A stretch of DNA of 64,000 nt from Nemertoderma westbladi. Taxonomy: Eukaryota > Animalia > Xenacoelomorpha. The notes under the pieces were generated by a model. The model did no database searches, was not told where the DNA came from, and saw only the letters and a list, made by a program, of their open reading frames with translations. The position numbers and the translations under genes are program-made. This document shows positions 50,360 through 62,962 of the stretch, piece by piece. Numbering within the stretch: the first letter of the stretch is position 1; every line of letters begins with the position of its first letter. Location of the stretch: positions 1 through 64,000 of the forward strand of contig JAUCBJ010001720.1 in NCBI GenBank assembly GCA_032718475.1. Reading direction: 5' to 3'.

Positions 50360-51343
50360 CTACTACTACTACTACAAGGTCGAGCGAACTCGGACAGTGG
50401 AAATGAGATCCTTCCAGGCTTCCCGATTCTCCATAGTTGTCGCAATTTCGTTTCTCCCAAGTTCAGTATCCCTTTCAAGTTGATCTATATATGTTATGGC
50501 CGGTCGTCCACGACTACGCTTTCCATGAGTTGGTTGCCAGAAAAGTAGATCTGGTATGACCTCGTCTTTACTTCGCCAGCAGTGCCCACTGAATCGTAAT
50601 CTGCGTTCACGGAGGGTGGTTGATACAGGTGGTATTGTACCATAAAGCTCGGCGTTTGTCATGTGTTGTCTCCAGCTGATGTTTAGGGCTGCCCTTAGTA
50701 GTCTTGTGTAGCAACCATCAATTCGTTGTTCAGGTGATTTAGTCAGTGTCCAGGTCTCACCCCGTATAAAAATACACTTTCCATTGTGGCTCGAAAGAAC
50801 TTAGTCTTCAGGTGCCTGGAGAGATCTGATTTCCAGATTTTTGATAGAGCTACCCAAGCCTTTGCTTTCCTAACTTCTATGTCCTTTTTGCTACTCTCTA
50901 ACCATGATCCAAGGTACTGGAAGTCGTCAACCTTCCTTAGTTGATTACTATTAATGGTTGTCAAGTTTCCATCAACATTAAAGGTCATGAATATGGTCTT
51001 GGTAGCATTTATATGCAATCCAACCTCCTTAGCAGCCCTCTCCACTTTATTTAGTAGAAGCTGTGCATCTGCTAGGGTATTAGAGAGCAGGTCGATGTCA
51101 TCCGCAAAGTCGGTGTCTGTGACTGTAGTTGCCGGGTATCTAACTTCTGCGTTCTTGAAGTGCGAATCCCAGGTCTTCACCCTTTGTGACTGTCCTCATT
51201 GCGTAATCCAGCACAATTACAAATAGTAATGGTGTTAATGTATCACCTTGCAATACCCCAGCCTGGATTGAGAAAAATTCAGTTTCACCATCTGGTGAGA
51301 GTACCTGCGCTTCTGTGTCACAATATAACAATCCAATGCCAGC
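50360..51343 (-). mobile_element. RTE-like LINE (family B) 3' part, frameshifted
   Basis: GVLQGDTL, TDFADD, YLGSW, RERRLRFSGHCWR across ORFs 51140-51331, 50743-51180 and 50372-50662; (TAG)n tail on the - strand. Confidence 0.9.
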
Positions 51344-53856
51344 AATGAGTGGTTAGAGCGTCAGACTTCCAACTCAGAGGTTACCAGTTCGATCCCACCT
51401 GGACGTCATTGCCGACTTTGCAAAGCTGTGCCCAACAAAAGTTATAATATGAAACCACTCATCCTTCACTGATAACACCAATAATAATTGCTAAGTGTGT
51501 CAGGAGCGTTACATGAAGGTCCTTTCATGCAACGATTGTTCATGTAATGTGGACGCGTTAAATCAATGGACGCACCATATCGTCCACTGCGTGTAAATGT
51601 TTCTCACATAACAAATTTATGGATTGTTATACCTCATTGGATGCGCAATGAGCTGAAGATAAGGATAAACATTTACTATTTACCTCAAAAAGTAAGATTT
51701 GACAAATGATAATAATGACCTTTTACATGAAGGACGAATCATCGTGTCCGCCATACCTAGCTATAATTTAATTCATATTGATATAAATTTGTTGCAATTA
51801 GCAATACGGTCCTAATTTTGTTACAGTAGACTCTGACAGCTATACTGTATATTAAATTGAGAAAAAATTTAGCTAGCTCATCCACAAGGGAAGTTCGTTT
51901 TCTGTTTCCGTTACATGAAGGAAGCGAAATATGGCCAAATCTGCGGACAGCGCACACTCAGTTATTGAGCTGCTTCACGTTTTAAACATGGATTAATCGA
52001 TACGGACCATATTATTGCATCATTAGTGTCTCCGAACTATTTCCTCTTTCTGGTGATGTATGTGGTGTAGATGTAGGTAGAAAATTGTTCCCTCAACAGT
52101 TAAAAATACAACCCGTACTTTACTTGCGGACATTGAAAAACAGCCGTTTTTTAACATAAATAAATTTAAATTAAGACCCATAATATATTTTCTGTAATTT
52201 GAAAAAAAGTTGACAAAACGTATGGTACTTTGTATTTGTCAAACTTCCAACATTAAGGCACTGAACGACGTCCGGACTGTGTTTGGGGCACTGATTATGA
52301 TGTTTCTTTAAATTTAATGACAAATTTTCAAGCATTATTTTTTTAGACCTGATGCTAGAGCTCCTTATTTAAGGAGGGGAGGGTGCACCCCGTCCTTGAC
52401 TAAAATTTTCATATTTTTTGGTTTTTTTATTGTATTATGTAGTATTAAGCAGAATTTAATGCGGATTTAAAATCTTAAAACTGCTTGGCGGTATCTTTTT
52501 TAGTTCTCGATTTATCGCTGTCTTTCCGTCTGCCAGTTTTCGAAGAGACAAACAGTCCGTTTGAAAGGTTTTTTGAAGATCTAGAAAACTCTCACATTTT
52601 ATGAAAATTTTTGTTCAAATATTATTAAAAAATCGGTTTGGAGTTTTGTAGATTCGAAGATGCTGAAAAGTTGCTTTCAAAAAATTTGGATAAATATTTA
52701 TTACCGCCACAACTCGCCTCTAAAAGAGGTTCTATTAGTGTTGCACTTTGACCCACCCCCCCCCCCCCCCCCCCCCGTTGTCTGAACACAACATAAACGA
52801 AACGGTGGTACCATTTCGGTTGACATACCATGCGGCGTTAGAGCTGTTTAAAAAATATCTGCTATGAGGCACCCTCCCCCGTAACTGGACATTTTTTTTA
52901 ATCAAACAATCCCGTTTTCTGAGGTTCTTTTTATGATTTGAAGTAAAATTTAACGATATATTTAAAGTATAGTTTAGCAAATATGGCTTCCTCGATTCCA
53001 GATGAAAATGTCTACCTGTACACATATGTTGGGAGGGGGGGGGGGGGGGAGTGTAATAAATACTCGTTAAAAATTATTCGCCAATTTAATCAGCAACAAT
53101 AATAAATCCTTATATTACAGAATGCATCGCGCTCCGTGAACACGGAGCTGTACGGCGTGTAATATTTTAATTGAACACAATAAAACAATGAGTTTGCACC
53201 TGGTATTCTAGAATAGCATTAATAATAAACAAGACATGAATAATTTCTGCATTATGTAATTTCTGCCTTAACGAAAATGTAATCTTTAGCAAAAAATAAA
53301 TTCTCCCAATGTCTCTATATTTATAAAAGATTATGAAGTGCAGCACAAAAAGCAAATTATTCACTAGATAGTGACATAAATCCCGCGAAACTTTGTTGTT
53401 ATAAAGTTTATTTTCAAATGCAAACAATAGACAGTGAAATAAACGTTGTATAATTATAAAAAGCAAACTCAACGCTGCATCTTAGTTAGGAAATTACTGA
53501 GTCCGACCTTTTGATGAATTATTTCATAAAGATCCGAAATTAAGCACAATATTAGAACATAATGTTATCTTTATTTGATAAAGATTATGGAATAATCACA
53601 TTCACCTTAAAGAAAGGCCATGGGACAGTTTGACAATAAGTTTCTGTAAAGTACAGTTCATATAATTACAGACCTGACCTAATAATCTAAAGTTTAGTAC
53701 TTATAAAAGACTGCGAACCCTTGTGCACGAGAAGTTGCCTAACATAGTCCCGAGTTCTTACACTCAATCACATCGTGTCGTTGCAAGTCTCCCGTCTCCC
53801 AATTACAAACACCAGTTTCGATATATCGTTAGTCATTAATTGAACATCCGATTATT

Positions 53857-56247
53857 TTATTCTATATTATGGTCTTCTTTAATTGTATTACTATCCGTAC
53901 CGCCTGGAATAAAGAATTAAAAACAAGATAACAGTCAGTCAGTCAGTCAGTATATTATAAAAGATTTTGCCTCCCTTCACTCTCTAAGGCATTGTTGCAC
54001 CTATTTTGTACACCCCCTGCCCCTCCTATATACGCCCCTTTCGCGTTTTTTTTTCATAGTTATAACATTAGGCCCTCATTAATAATTAACCTATAGATTT
54101 AGCGTGGCCTTCTTCAATCATTATAGAGGCCAAGCTCGCAGTTTCTGAGGTAACAATATCCACCAATAAACGAGACCCTAATTCCCCAAAGATTCGTAAC
54201 TGAACCGACTTAGAATCCGAGATCTGGGTAAATAATGCCGTCGATTTTTCGGTCCAACCATCTCCTGCAGAATAAACATAGAAAGTATAGTTACTTGGTA
54301 GGAGAGGTTACCTTTACAAAAACAACAAAAACTGATGCCACGCCACGCGTATATAATGATATATAATAATATACAAATATTTTACACAGTACTATTATAG
54401 TTCTCCAAACTTAATTGCCACATAAAATAATTGGGTAGGTGTAAAACGCGGATCCGGATGCGGATTCCAAAATTATCATTTAAGGGAAAGGAGCAGGTTA
54501 TAGTGGCACGTTATTTTAACCAAAACAATAAACTAAAGTCAATAGAACAGGTTATAGTTTTATTTTTGGAAGTTATAAAAATGTAAAAAAAATCGACTTC
54601 TGTAGGGACAATGTTAAATGTAGAATCCGGATCCGGATCCGCGTCTGACCCAAAATAATTGCATGGTTTTATTAGAAACGGAACTGAATTAGTTTACCTC
54701 CGATATTGAGTGGCTCTAAGTCCGCCAGACTGCAGAGGGTTTCCACGCCGTCTGACTTTAACCGACAGTAGAATTCCGACGGATTTATAATCCTTGTAAC
54801 TACGGCATCCGCTACAACTGCACTGTCAGTGGGTTCAGAAGCTCTGAAATCAAACAGAAAGGTAAAACTTAGAGCAGCTAAAAAACTAAAAAGGTCAGTA
54901 CGGTATTTATTATCGCACTGCCTGGGATTTTAGTACTGAATCAAAAAGCAGATGATCATGTTTTTGTTGTTGTTGAAATTATGAAAAGTATTCATGATGT
55001 GGCTGCCAATTATACAGAGGACGACACCTGCAGCAGTAGGTCGAGCGAGCTCGGGCAGTGGAAATGAGATCCTTCCAGGTTTCCCGATTATCCATAGTAG
55101 TCGCGATTTCGTTTCTCCAGTATACCTTTACAGTTGGTCTAAATACAGAATGTTATAGCCGCGCTTTCTGATGGTTGCCTGAAAAGTAGATTTTACTTTG
55201 CTTCTTTTACTTCAATGCCCACTGATTCTTAATCTGCGTTCACGGAGGGTGGTTGATACAGGTGGTATTGTACCATAGAGCTCGGCGTTTGTTATGTGTT
55301 GTCTCCAGCTGATGTTTAAGGCTGCCCTTAGTAGTCTTCTGTAGTAACCATCGATTCGTTGTTCAAGTGATTTAGTCAATGTCTCACCCTCGTATAAAAA
55401 TACACTTTCCACTGTGGCTCGAAAGAACTTAGTCTTCAGGTTCCTGGAGAGATCTGACTTCCAGATGGTATCCATTATTGATAGAGCTACCCATGCCTTT
55501 GCTTTCCTAACTTCTATGTATTTTATGCTGCTCTATCCATGACCCAATGTACTTAAAGTTGTGAACGTTCTGTAGTTGATTATTATCGATGGACGTACAT
55601 TAAGATTAACGGCACCTAGCTGGACGTATTGCAAGCGCTGCACTGCCGCTGAGGAAATTTTCGAATTAGCTGCATAAAATGTAACGACAAGCTGCAATGC
55701 TGGTAGGCGGTTTTGAAATTGCGTCAGCTGTACCTGCTCGTTCAGCCGGTGCCGCTTCGGGTTGTGGCTAAATCGAAAATGAAGCCTCACTTTTGGTAAA
55801 CAAATCCCACATTGATAATATTCAACATTATTTTCAATAGTAAACAAAATAATGGTGGTAACATATAATAATACAAATATTATTAAATTAGGAAGTATTT
55901 ACTTACATCTCGGTCTGTATGTCTCCATCTCCTTGACCAATATGGGCCGATAGTTTCACTTGAGTTTCTTGGCCTCCATCCCAGTCGGCCCCTGCCCCAT
56001 CCCAGTCGGCCGCTGCCCCATCCACGCCTGAGTCGGCCACAGCCCCATCGGTCTTGTCCCCACCAACCATGTCTCCTTCCGGTTTGCACACATGACGGCC
56101 TTGCAGTTCATCCAACGCAGATGCGCAACACTCGACACACAACTGATCCGAGACCAAGCTGGCATCCACAGCCTCCTCCGAGACCAAGCTGGCATCCCCA
56201 GCCTCGTCAATGTTACCCGAATCACCAAGGCTGGGATCTGGTTCAGC
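53857..56247 (-). CDS. 3' exons of a gene with an extended-Tudor/SN-like OB fold (TDRD-like); 5' part not in window
   Basis: Exons 56247-55907, 54843-54698, 54264-54091, 53903-53857(TAA) with GT-AG sites and consistent phases (0/2/1/1); peptide ..AVVTRIINPSEFYCRLKSDGVETLCSLADLEPLNIGGDGWTEKSTALFTQISDSKSVQLRIFGELGSRLLVDIVTSETASLASIMIEEGHAK..; possible upstream mini-exon 56418-56387. Confidence 0.7.
55035..55547 (-). mobile_element. Degenerate RTE-like LINE (family B) 3' fragment, intronic
   Basis: [35 protein letters not shown]; matches the 50360-51343 copy. Confidence 0.85.
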
Positions 56248-56637
56248 CTAAATATAAAAATTACATTAAGTTTCACAAAATATTTTTAATGTAGTTGGAA
56301 TGAGGTTCAGACAGAACATATTATTTTTGGAATAATTCACGTTCATTATGGTATTCTGGAATTCAAAATACCTTCCTCTACTTTACCTTCATGCCTTCAG
56401 GTTCAGGTGATGTGATACCTTAAATGGGTCACGTGATAGAGGAGATAATTAATATAGTTACTAGATGGTGATGGAAAACTAGGTTTTTGAGGTGTTTGAT
56501 TTTAAACATCTATTACAGGAAGTGTTTTAGAGGCCGTGACCAGTTTAATAACAAAAACAGAAATTGTATCTTTTATATTTTCGTTAACAGAAATATGTTT
56601 TATATTTTCGTTAAAATAAATTATAATTTGATTTAAC

Positions 56638-58046
56638 CTACTACTAGGATCGGCATGCTGCATTGCAGCTGCATTTTTAAGAATGCTGTGCCGGCTTGTC
56701 AACAAAATTGCACCGCCACAACTCCCTATCACCCATGACATTTGCTAGATCATCCGCATCTTTAAGGCCAGTGTCCTTTAAGATGCGTCTCAAGAAAGTC
56801 ATGGGCTGTCCACCATGCTTATTCACTACATGAGGCTGCCAAAGTACAAGATTATGCACTGGCTGGTCCTCACGGCGAAAGCAATGTCCTGCAAAGCGGA
56901 GGCGATTTTGTTCTAGTGTCAAGCTTGGGGGAACCAATGAGACACCTCCAATGTTATATAGTGTCTGGTTGGAGATGTGTGCATTGTACTTGTGCCATCC
57001 AGAGAATTGGTGTCCTCAGCAGTTAGAGCCCAGCATGGACTCCCGTAGAGGAGTACTGGAACTACTGCTGCTCTAAATAATCGGACCTTAAGTTTCCGAT
57101 TAATTCTCGGTGACTTCCAAATCCTGGAAAGCCTATTCAAGGCTGCCCATGCCTTTCCCTTACGTATTCGAAGGTCCTCACCTGACTTCCGGATCCATGA
57201 TCCCAGGTAACAGAAGTCGTCCACATGCTCAAGCATACCATCCTTTGAGCTTATGCTCATCCGATCAGAGACTTGCTGATGACTTTCAAAGTTAATTGTC
57301 AGACTTTTGGTCTTTCTGGAGTTAATAAAAAGACCAACACTAGAAGCAGCATGTTCTAATGAGCTGAGGAGCCGTTGGGCTCCCTCTAATGATTCTGAGA
57401 GTACTCCTAAGTCATCAGCAAAGTCTAGATCAGTTAGGTACTTGGCAGGATTTCCTCGACTTCTGGAGCCAGTAGGTGGAGTTATCATCACCCCATCATC
57501 ATTATAATGATCTAAGGACATGCGTAGAACATAGTTAACCACAATAATGAACAAGAATGGTGCAAGTGTGTCTCCTTGGAGGACGCCCCATAACACTTCA
57601 AATGGTTCTGTGTCACCATCAACAGTAGACACAAATGTTGTTGAACCATCGTATACTGATCTGATTGCTGCAATAATTTCATCAGGAATGCCATATAAGA
57701 CTGAATCAAGGCGAGAGACTGAATCAAAGGCCTTGAAGAAGTCAACAAAGATAACAGCCAGATGCCTGTCTTTCTTTTTTGATAACTCTTCAATTATCCT
57801 TCTAAGTGCCAAAATGGGCTCCATGGTCCCACGACCTTTACGGAACCCATTCTGATTTCCACGGAGCAGTCTCTCAATAGGATCCCTGATGCGATTTAAT
57901 AGAATCCTATTGTATAGCTTTGCAGCAATCGAGATCAATGAGATTCCCCGAAAAGAACCATAGAGTGTTAGGTTACCCTTCTTGGGAACTGGCACCAACT
58001 TATTTGTTTTCATTTCTTGTGGGACTCTTGTTATTCGGTACATGTC
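56638..58046 (-). mobile_element. RTE-like LINE (family A) RT region, cut at its 5' side by the IS3EU-like element
   Basis: VPVPKKGNL..FRGISL, QNGFRKGR, FVDFFKAFDS, GVLQGDTLAP, LDFADD, YLGSW; short TAG-type tail at ~56638-56647; LINE similarity stops at ~58046. Confidence 0.92.
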
Positions 58047-58099
58047 TATGGTGGCCGACTGCTGCCACATAAACCATCAATGTCTAATAAAAATAATCG

Positions 58100-58430
58100 G
58101 TTAAAAAATCAATAAAAAAATTCAATAAAAAAAATTTCAATAAAAAATTTCAATAAAAAATTTCAATAAAAAATTCAATAAAAAAAATTTCAATAAAAAA
58201 AATTAAAAAAAAATTAAATAAAAAAAAATTCAATAAAAAAATTCAATAAAAAAAATTTCAATAAAAAATTCAATAAAAAAAATTTCAATAAAAAAAATTA
58301 AAAAAAAATTCAATAAAAAAAATTCAATAAAAAAATTCAATAAAAAAAATTTCAATAAAAAAAATTACAAAAAAATTCAATAAAAAAAATTACAAAAAAA
58401 TTCAATAAAAAAATTCAATAAAAAAAATTA
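58100..58430. repeat. A-rich ~14-16-bp tandem repeat (ttcaataaaaaaaa)
   Basis: Directly visible, about 20 copies. Confidence 0.9.
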
Positions 58431-58882
58431 AATTACTAACTTAACTTAATTACTTAATTACTAACTTAATTAATTACTTAAACCCACCGTGGCCTACAGC
58501 TGTCAGGTATTCATTTAATACTAACCACTGCAGTTATATTATACTGTATAGGTGGCAGTACTCGGCCACAGCGAAATAGAAAAAAAAATTGCAAAGTAAA
58601 ATTGAATTCACACGTGGCCGACTGCTGCCAAATACTTTCAAACACATGGAAACATGGCCTACAGCTGCCAAAATGTGTATTTCCTGCAGTATCATTAACT
58701 AACATACTGTTTTGCTGTACCGGTAGGCTTCCAGTATCCTGTAGTTCGAGATTAGTTTCAGTATTCCGGTACTGAAATTCAAGCTACGAGCCTACATCAG
58801 TAGGCCTACATACAAGTAGGCCTACATGCGGCAGCAGTGATCAGGCCCGGGACGGTAGGTAATTTAAGGGTTTCTGCTAATA

Positions 58883-60109
58883 ATGGCATGGAATAGTGAT
58901 TATGGTTTAAAATCATTTCTCAGTGAAGCTGTTGCGCAAAATTGGTCTAGAAACGAGTTGCTGCCTGCAGCAAAATCTAAATTTGGTCAGTATCCTTGGT
59001 CAATGAGAAGTTTGGATCGGCGTCTGAAGTTTTTTGAAATCAGTTACATCAATTATAATGTTGATATTCAAACTATTCGCAAGGCTTTAAAGAAGGAGAT
59101 GGAGGGTCCTGGAAAACATTTAGGATATAGAGCCATGAATTTGAAGCTTCGCACTGTTTACAATATATGTGTTCCTCGTGATATTGTATATGAAATAATG
59201 AGAGAAGAGTACCCGGATGTGCTGGAAAAACGACGACTAGAAAACCGTAAACGGGTCCGCACTGGAGCTTTCAATTCAAAGGGTCCTTTGTGGTTAGTAT
59301 CCGGGGATGGGCACGATAAATTGTGCGGTTATCAGAACTCAACATTCCCCTTAGCTATTTATGGTTTCCAAGATTCGTATTCAAGAAAATTATTACTGCT
59401 GAGAGTTATGAAGTCAAACTCCTGTCCTAAGGTTATTTCGCGACTGTATATTGAATTGATTACTACTTTGCAGTATTGCATGCCTGTTTTTCTTCGATTT
59501 GATAAAGGGACTGAAACAACAACAATGGCGATAATGCATTCTTATTTGCATTCGATATCTGATCAAGATGTTGCCGACAAAGATGCGGAGCTAGACCCTA
59601 CGGATTATGTTCGCTTTGGTCCGTCTACGACGAACAAGATAGAACGTTGGTGGCGTGAGCTACACGAAAGGTTTGAACGTTTCTTCAAAACTCAGCTCCG
59701 CTTACTGTTAGAAGATGCATCATATGACTCAACTAACCCCGATGATAGAGAATTGCTAGCTTATGTGTACATACCAATCGTTCAGAGGGAGTGCGATGTC
59801 TTTGTTGATCTGTGGAACTGTCACCGCATGCGGTTTCAGAAGGAACAAACCTTGCCTGCTGGAATTCCTGACCATATCTTTGAAAACCCAGAATATTACG
59901 GTGCCAATCCTATGGGTATTGATGTTAGTATTGATGAACTTGCAGAGGTGATTAATGTTTCTGGTATTGAACTGGAAGGACCGGATGATAAACATACAGA
60001 CACACCCATTCTAACTATGTGCCGAGAAGCAATCCCAAACCCCGAAGAAGTTGAATCTAGACACGCCATGGATGCTTACCGATATTTAAAACGTAAATGG
60101 AAGTGTTAA
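58883..60109 (+). CDS. DDE integrase-core transposase (IS3/IS481-related eukaryotic family), intronless, intact
   Basis: 408 aa; N-terminal WSMRSLDRRL..EMEGPGKHLGYRAM; putative catalytic triad SGDGHDKL (D), LRFDKGTET (D), PSTTNKIERWWREL (E); C-terminal WNCHRMR..GIP. Confidence 0.85.
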   Translation: MAWNSDYGLKSFLSEAVAQNWSRNELLPAAKSKFGQYPWSMRSLDRRLKFFEISYINYNVDIQTIRKALKKEMEGPGKHLGYRAMNLKLRTVYNICVPRDIVYEIMREEYPDVLEKRRLENRKRVRTGAFNSKGPLWLVSGDGHDKLCGYQNSTFPLAIYGFQDSYSRKLLLLRVMKSNSCPKVISRLYIELITTLQYCMPVFLRFDKGTETTTMAIMHSYLHSISDQDVADKDAELDPTDYVRFGPSTTNKIERWWRELHERFERFFKTQLRLLLEDASYDSTNPDDRELLAYVYIPIVQRECDVFVDLWNCHRMRFQKEQTLPAGIPDHIFENPEYYGANPMGIDVSIDELAEVINVSGIELEGPDDKHTDTPILTMCREAIPNPEEVESRHAMDAYRYLKRKWKC

Positions 60110-60150
60110 TTTAATTTTATGACTACCAACCACCTTGATACTGTTAGGAT

Positions 60151-60629
60151 TAGGGCCTGAAGCGGTTAATTCAAATTAACCGGTTAGAAATTTATTAACC
60201 GGTTAACCGGCTTAATGTCCCATTTTGAGGTTTTCAAGTTTTGTTACCATTTTAATTAATGTGTATTTTCCATTGCGATGTTTCAGAAATTCATTTTGTA
60301 CTGTATGCAGCTGTAGGACTACAGTACAGTATACATAACCTATAGTACTGGTGGCTCTATCACAATAGAGCAATAGAGGCACTTAACAGTATTGCAAGTA
60401 GAGACGGATACCTCTTAGCTTAGCTTACATAATAAATATACATACCGGTACTGTAGCTTAAGTTTGGGGAGTGTCAGCGATACTGTGATAATTGTGTATA
60501 CTGTTGTTCTCAATATACAAAATGAGATTTTAAAGATAATTTCAACCTAAAACAAACATTTCTACTTTTTAACCGGTTAATTGGAAATGGTTAACCGGTT
60601 GACGGAAAAATTAACCGCTTCAGGCCCTA
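60151..60629. mobile_element. hAT-type MITE
   Basis: 21-bp perfect TIR TAGGGCCTGAAGCGGTTAATT; exact 8-bp TSD GTTAGGAT (60143-60150 and 60630-60637); subterminal taaccggtta repeats. Confidence 0.92.
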
Positions 60630-61185
60630 GTTAGGATGCTGTATAATATAATTACTATATTATGTTTTAATTTTGTGTTTTATTTGTTTGAATTTAAATT
60701 TGGTAAATGTACCAGATAAGATTTAAATAATGTTTCTTTATATAACTATTTATTTTGGGGTGAGCCACGTAGGTCCAGTTGAGCCTTAGCGTGCTTATTA
60801 GTGAGCCGTCCATCGTCGTCGTCGACATTGTCGTTTTCGAAAATGTTTGAAAGCTAATAAGTCGGTCAATCTTTGATGAAACGGAACCTTAGTTAGCTAC
60901 ATAGTAAACTTCGAAACTTGTTAGTTTATTATTTTTATTAGTTTATTATATTTTTATCACTTTTCTTCCCTAGGATTGGATTGAATTTACTTTTTTCCCG
61001 CGAAAAAAGATTAAATAGAAGTAAATAAAATATTAAAAGGATATTTTTTCGCAAATAAACGAAATGACATTAGTCTTTAGAAATATCTAATTTTAAAAAT
61101 ATTTGGGGGGGTATAATATTGGTCTACATACTTGACATTTCTTGCATATTAGACAGTATATATATGTATATATATATATTATATA

Positions 61186-62423
61186 TAGGGATGTCCCGGA
61201 ATCGATATTTTGATTCCGGCCGGAACCGGAACCGGAATTCAACATGCCGGAATATTCCGGCCGGAATTCCGGCCGGAACCGGAATTTTGTATAATTAGTG
61301 AAATACACTAAATGACCCATGAAACTTTATATTTTTTTGTGAAACAAATGAATTTTTTAATTTCTAAAGCCAAGTTTACTAGAGATCAATCAGCACCTAG
61401 GGGCAATTAAAGTGGGTGGAGTGGAGAGCGGCCTGGTCCGTTATGGCCTTTTATGGGACGGGAAGTACCCCCCCATACTTCGGCCTTAAACGACATCGAA
61501 TTCATTTTTAAGAGTAATCAGCTGTTATTTGCTGTTATTATCTGAAATAATAATAATAATATGTGAGACGCTTCTTATATATTTTTTTAACAAATGACTT
61601 TTGACTTATGTCTTACCAATGGAGCACGGGAGCTATACTTTTCACATACGGCTCAGACAAAATCTGAAAACTATTTATGGCCTAATGCATTTCATAAAAA
61701 ATCGCTTCAAAGCGACAAAAGGTTTAACAAGATGTAAATTAAGGCGGTTGTGAATTGTATACGAATACTATTGTTTAGTTTATTGTTTTGGTTGAAATAA
61801 CGTGCCAGTGTTACCTGCTCCTTTCCCTAAATTGAGAATTTAACATTGAGGCGGGACATTAATTCGCCAAGATTGGATTTGCGTTCAGCCCCCCCCCCCC
61901 CCCCCCCCCCCCTGTCTCACCCATCAAGACTGAATTCACTTTAAAAAACACGGTGGCAGTAATTTTCCCTCGTTACATAGCTTAGTTAGACTCCACCTTA
62001 GTGTAGTGGTTGCATTGAATATACATCTCTCGGAGGTCGAGGGTTCGATCCCCAGTTTTCGGCCAGGGCAGTTTTCGTTTCGGCATGAATGCTTGATGGG
62101 ACTAGCCAGGGCGCATCTCTGACTTGCATCCTTAGGTGGTAGCTCTAACTGCCGAATAAAAGTTTACTTTGTTTATTTTTTTTACAACTACAAGTGTTGA
62201 CAAGTATCTTAAACTAATTCAATTGGTAAGTATATGTTAAAAATATATATAAATTTTGATAATAATTTAACAAACTAATTGCAACGATCAAACTAGCTAG
62301 GAACGTTGTAATTCCGGTAAAATTCCGGCCGGAATTGACCCCATTCCGGCAATTCCGGCCGGAACCGGAATCGTTCAAAAACCGCCGGAATTCCGGCCGG
62401 AACGGAATTCCGGGACATCCCTA
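61186..62423. mobile_element. hAT-type non-autonomous element with nested MITE and SINE insertions
   Basis: 17-bp TIR TAGGGATGTCCCGGAAT; many subterminal ccggccggaa/ccggaattcc repeats at both ends; no clean TSD. Confidence 0.8.
61990..62165 (+). mobile_element. tRNA-derived SINE-like repeat (family S2)
   Basis: A-box tagtgtagtgg and B-box ggttcgatccc without a complete cloverleaf; aataaa near the 3' end; second copy at 31572-31662(-). Confidence 0.65.
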
Positions 62424-62553
62424 AATATAAGCATTATTTAGGATATGCATTTTTAAGTATATATGCCTTACATTTACGCCAAGAAAACACATGGTCATAG
62501 GAACCAACAATTCAGTAAATTGAATACAATTCAGTAGATATGTATAAAATGAG

Positions 62554-62800
62554 TTAATCTTCAATTGTCATATCTATATCAAACGGGTGGAGTTTGAGCA
62601 TGGTACAATACTCGTTGCATTTATGTTTTCGTTTAAAGTTTTCTATAGCGATATACGAACAATTTCCAACACAGAAATTTATTTCTGCCTTTTTATCAGG
62701 ATCAGCACCCTGATCCTCGCGTTCTATCTTTCTCTCTGAGTACAGGTCAGTTGAAGCAATCTCAGGGTCGTATAAGTTGTATGCAGTACCTTGCACATTA
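62554..62800 (-). pseudogene. Alpha-kinase (eEF2K/TRPM6-7-type) C-terminal segment: fragment or last exon
   Basis: VQG..Y.LYDPEIAS ... FCVGNCSYIAIENFKRKHKCNEYCTMLKL matches the alpha-kinase pattern D(I/L)QG, (T/Y)DP, GN and zinc-binding HxCNxxC; the Asp before QG reads as Asn; upstream part not found. Confidence 0.7.
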
Positions 62801-62860
62801 GTATCTGGTGTGATTAGGTCTACCTTTTACATAACAACAGTACATCAATGGCGGATATAC

Positions 62861-62962
62861 TACTACTACTAAGTCGAGCGAACTCGGACAGTGGAAATGA
62901 GATCCTTCCAGGCTTCCCGATTCTCCATAGTTGTCGCAATTGCGTTTCTCCCAAGTTCAGAG
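62861..62962 (-). mobile_element. ~100-bp 5'-truncated LINE (family B) insertion with 13-bp TSD
   Basis: TSD ATGGCGGATATAC at 62848-62860 and 62963-62975; (TAG)n tail; matches the 3' tip of the 22680-23964 copy. Confidence 0.9.

Larger units (their letters stand above)
58047..62800. mobile_element. Putative IS3EU-like DDE DNA transposon (left end seen; right end not in window)
   Basis: Abrupt junction with LINE sequence; terminus TATGGTGGCCGACTGCTGCCA; related subterminal motifs at ~58490, 58552(rc), 58615, 58655; A-rich repeat 58100-58430; intact integrase ORF. Confidence 0.6.

Noticed and set aside
58047-58070. N-terminus MWQQSATI of ORF 56919-58070
   Set aside because: Derived from the inserted transposon terminus, so not a genuine LINE start
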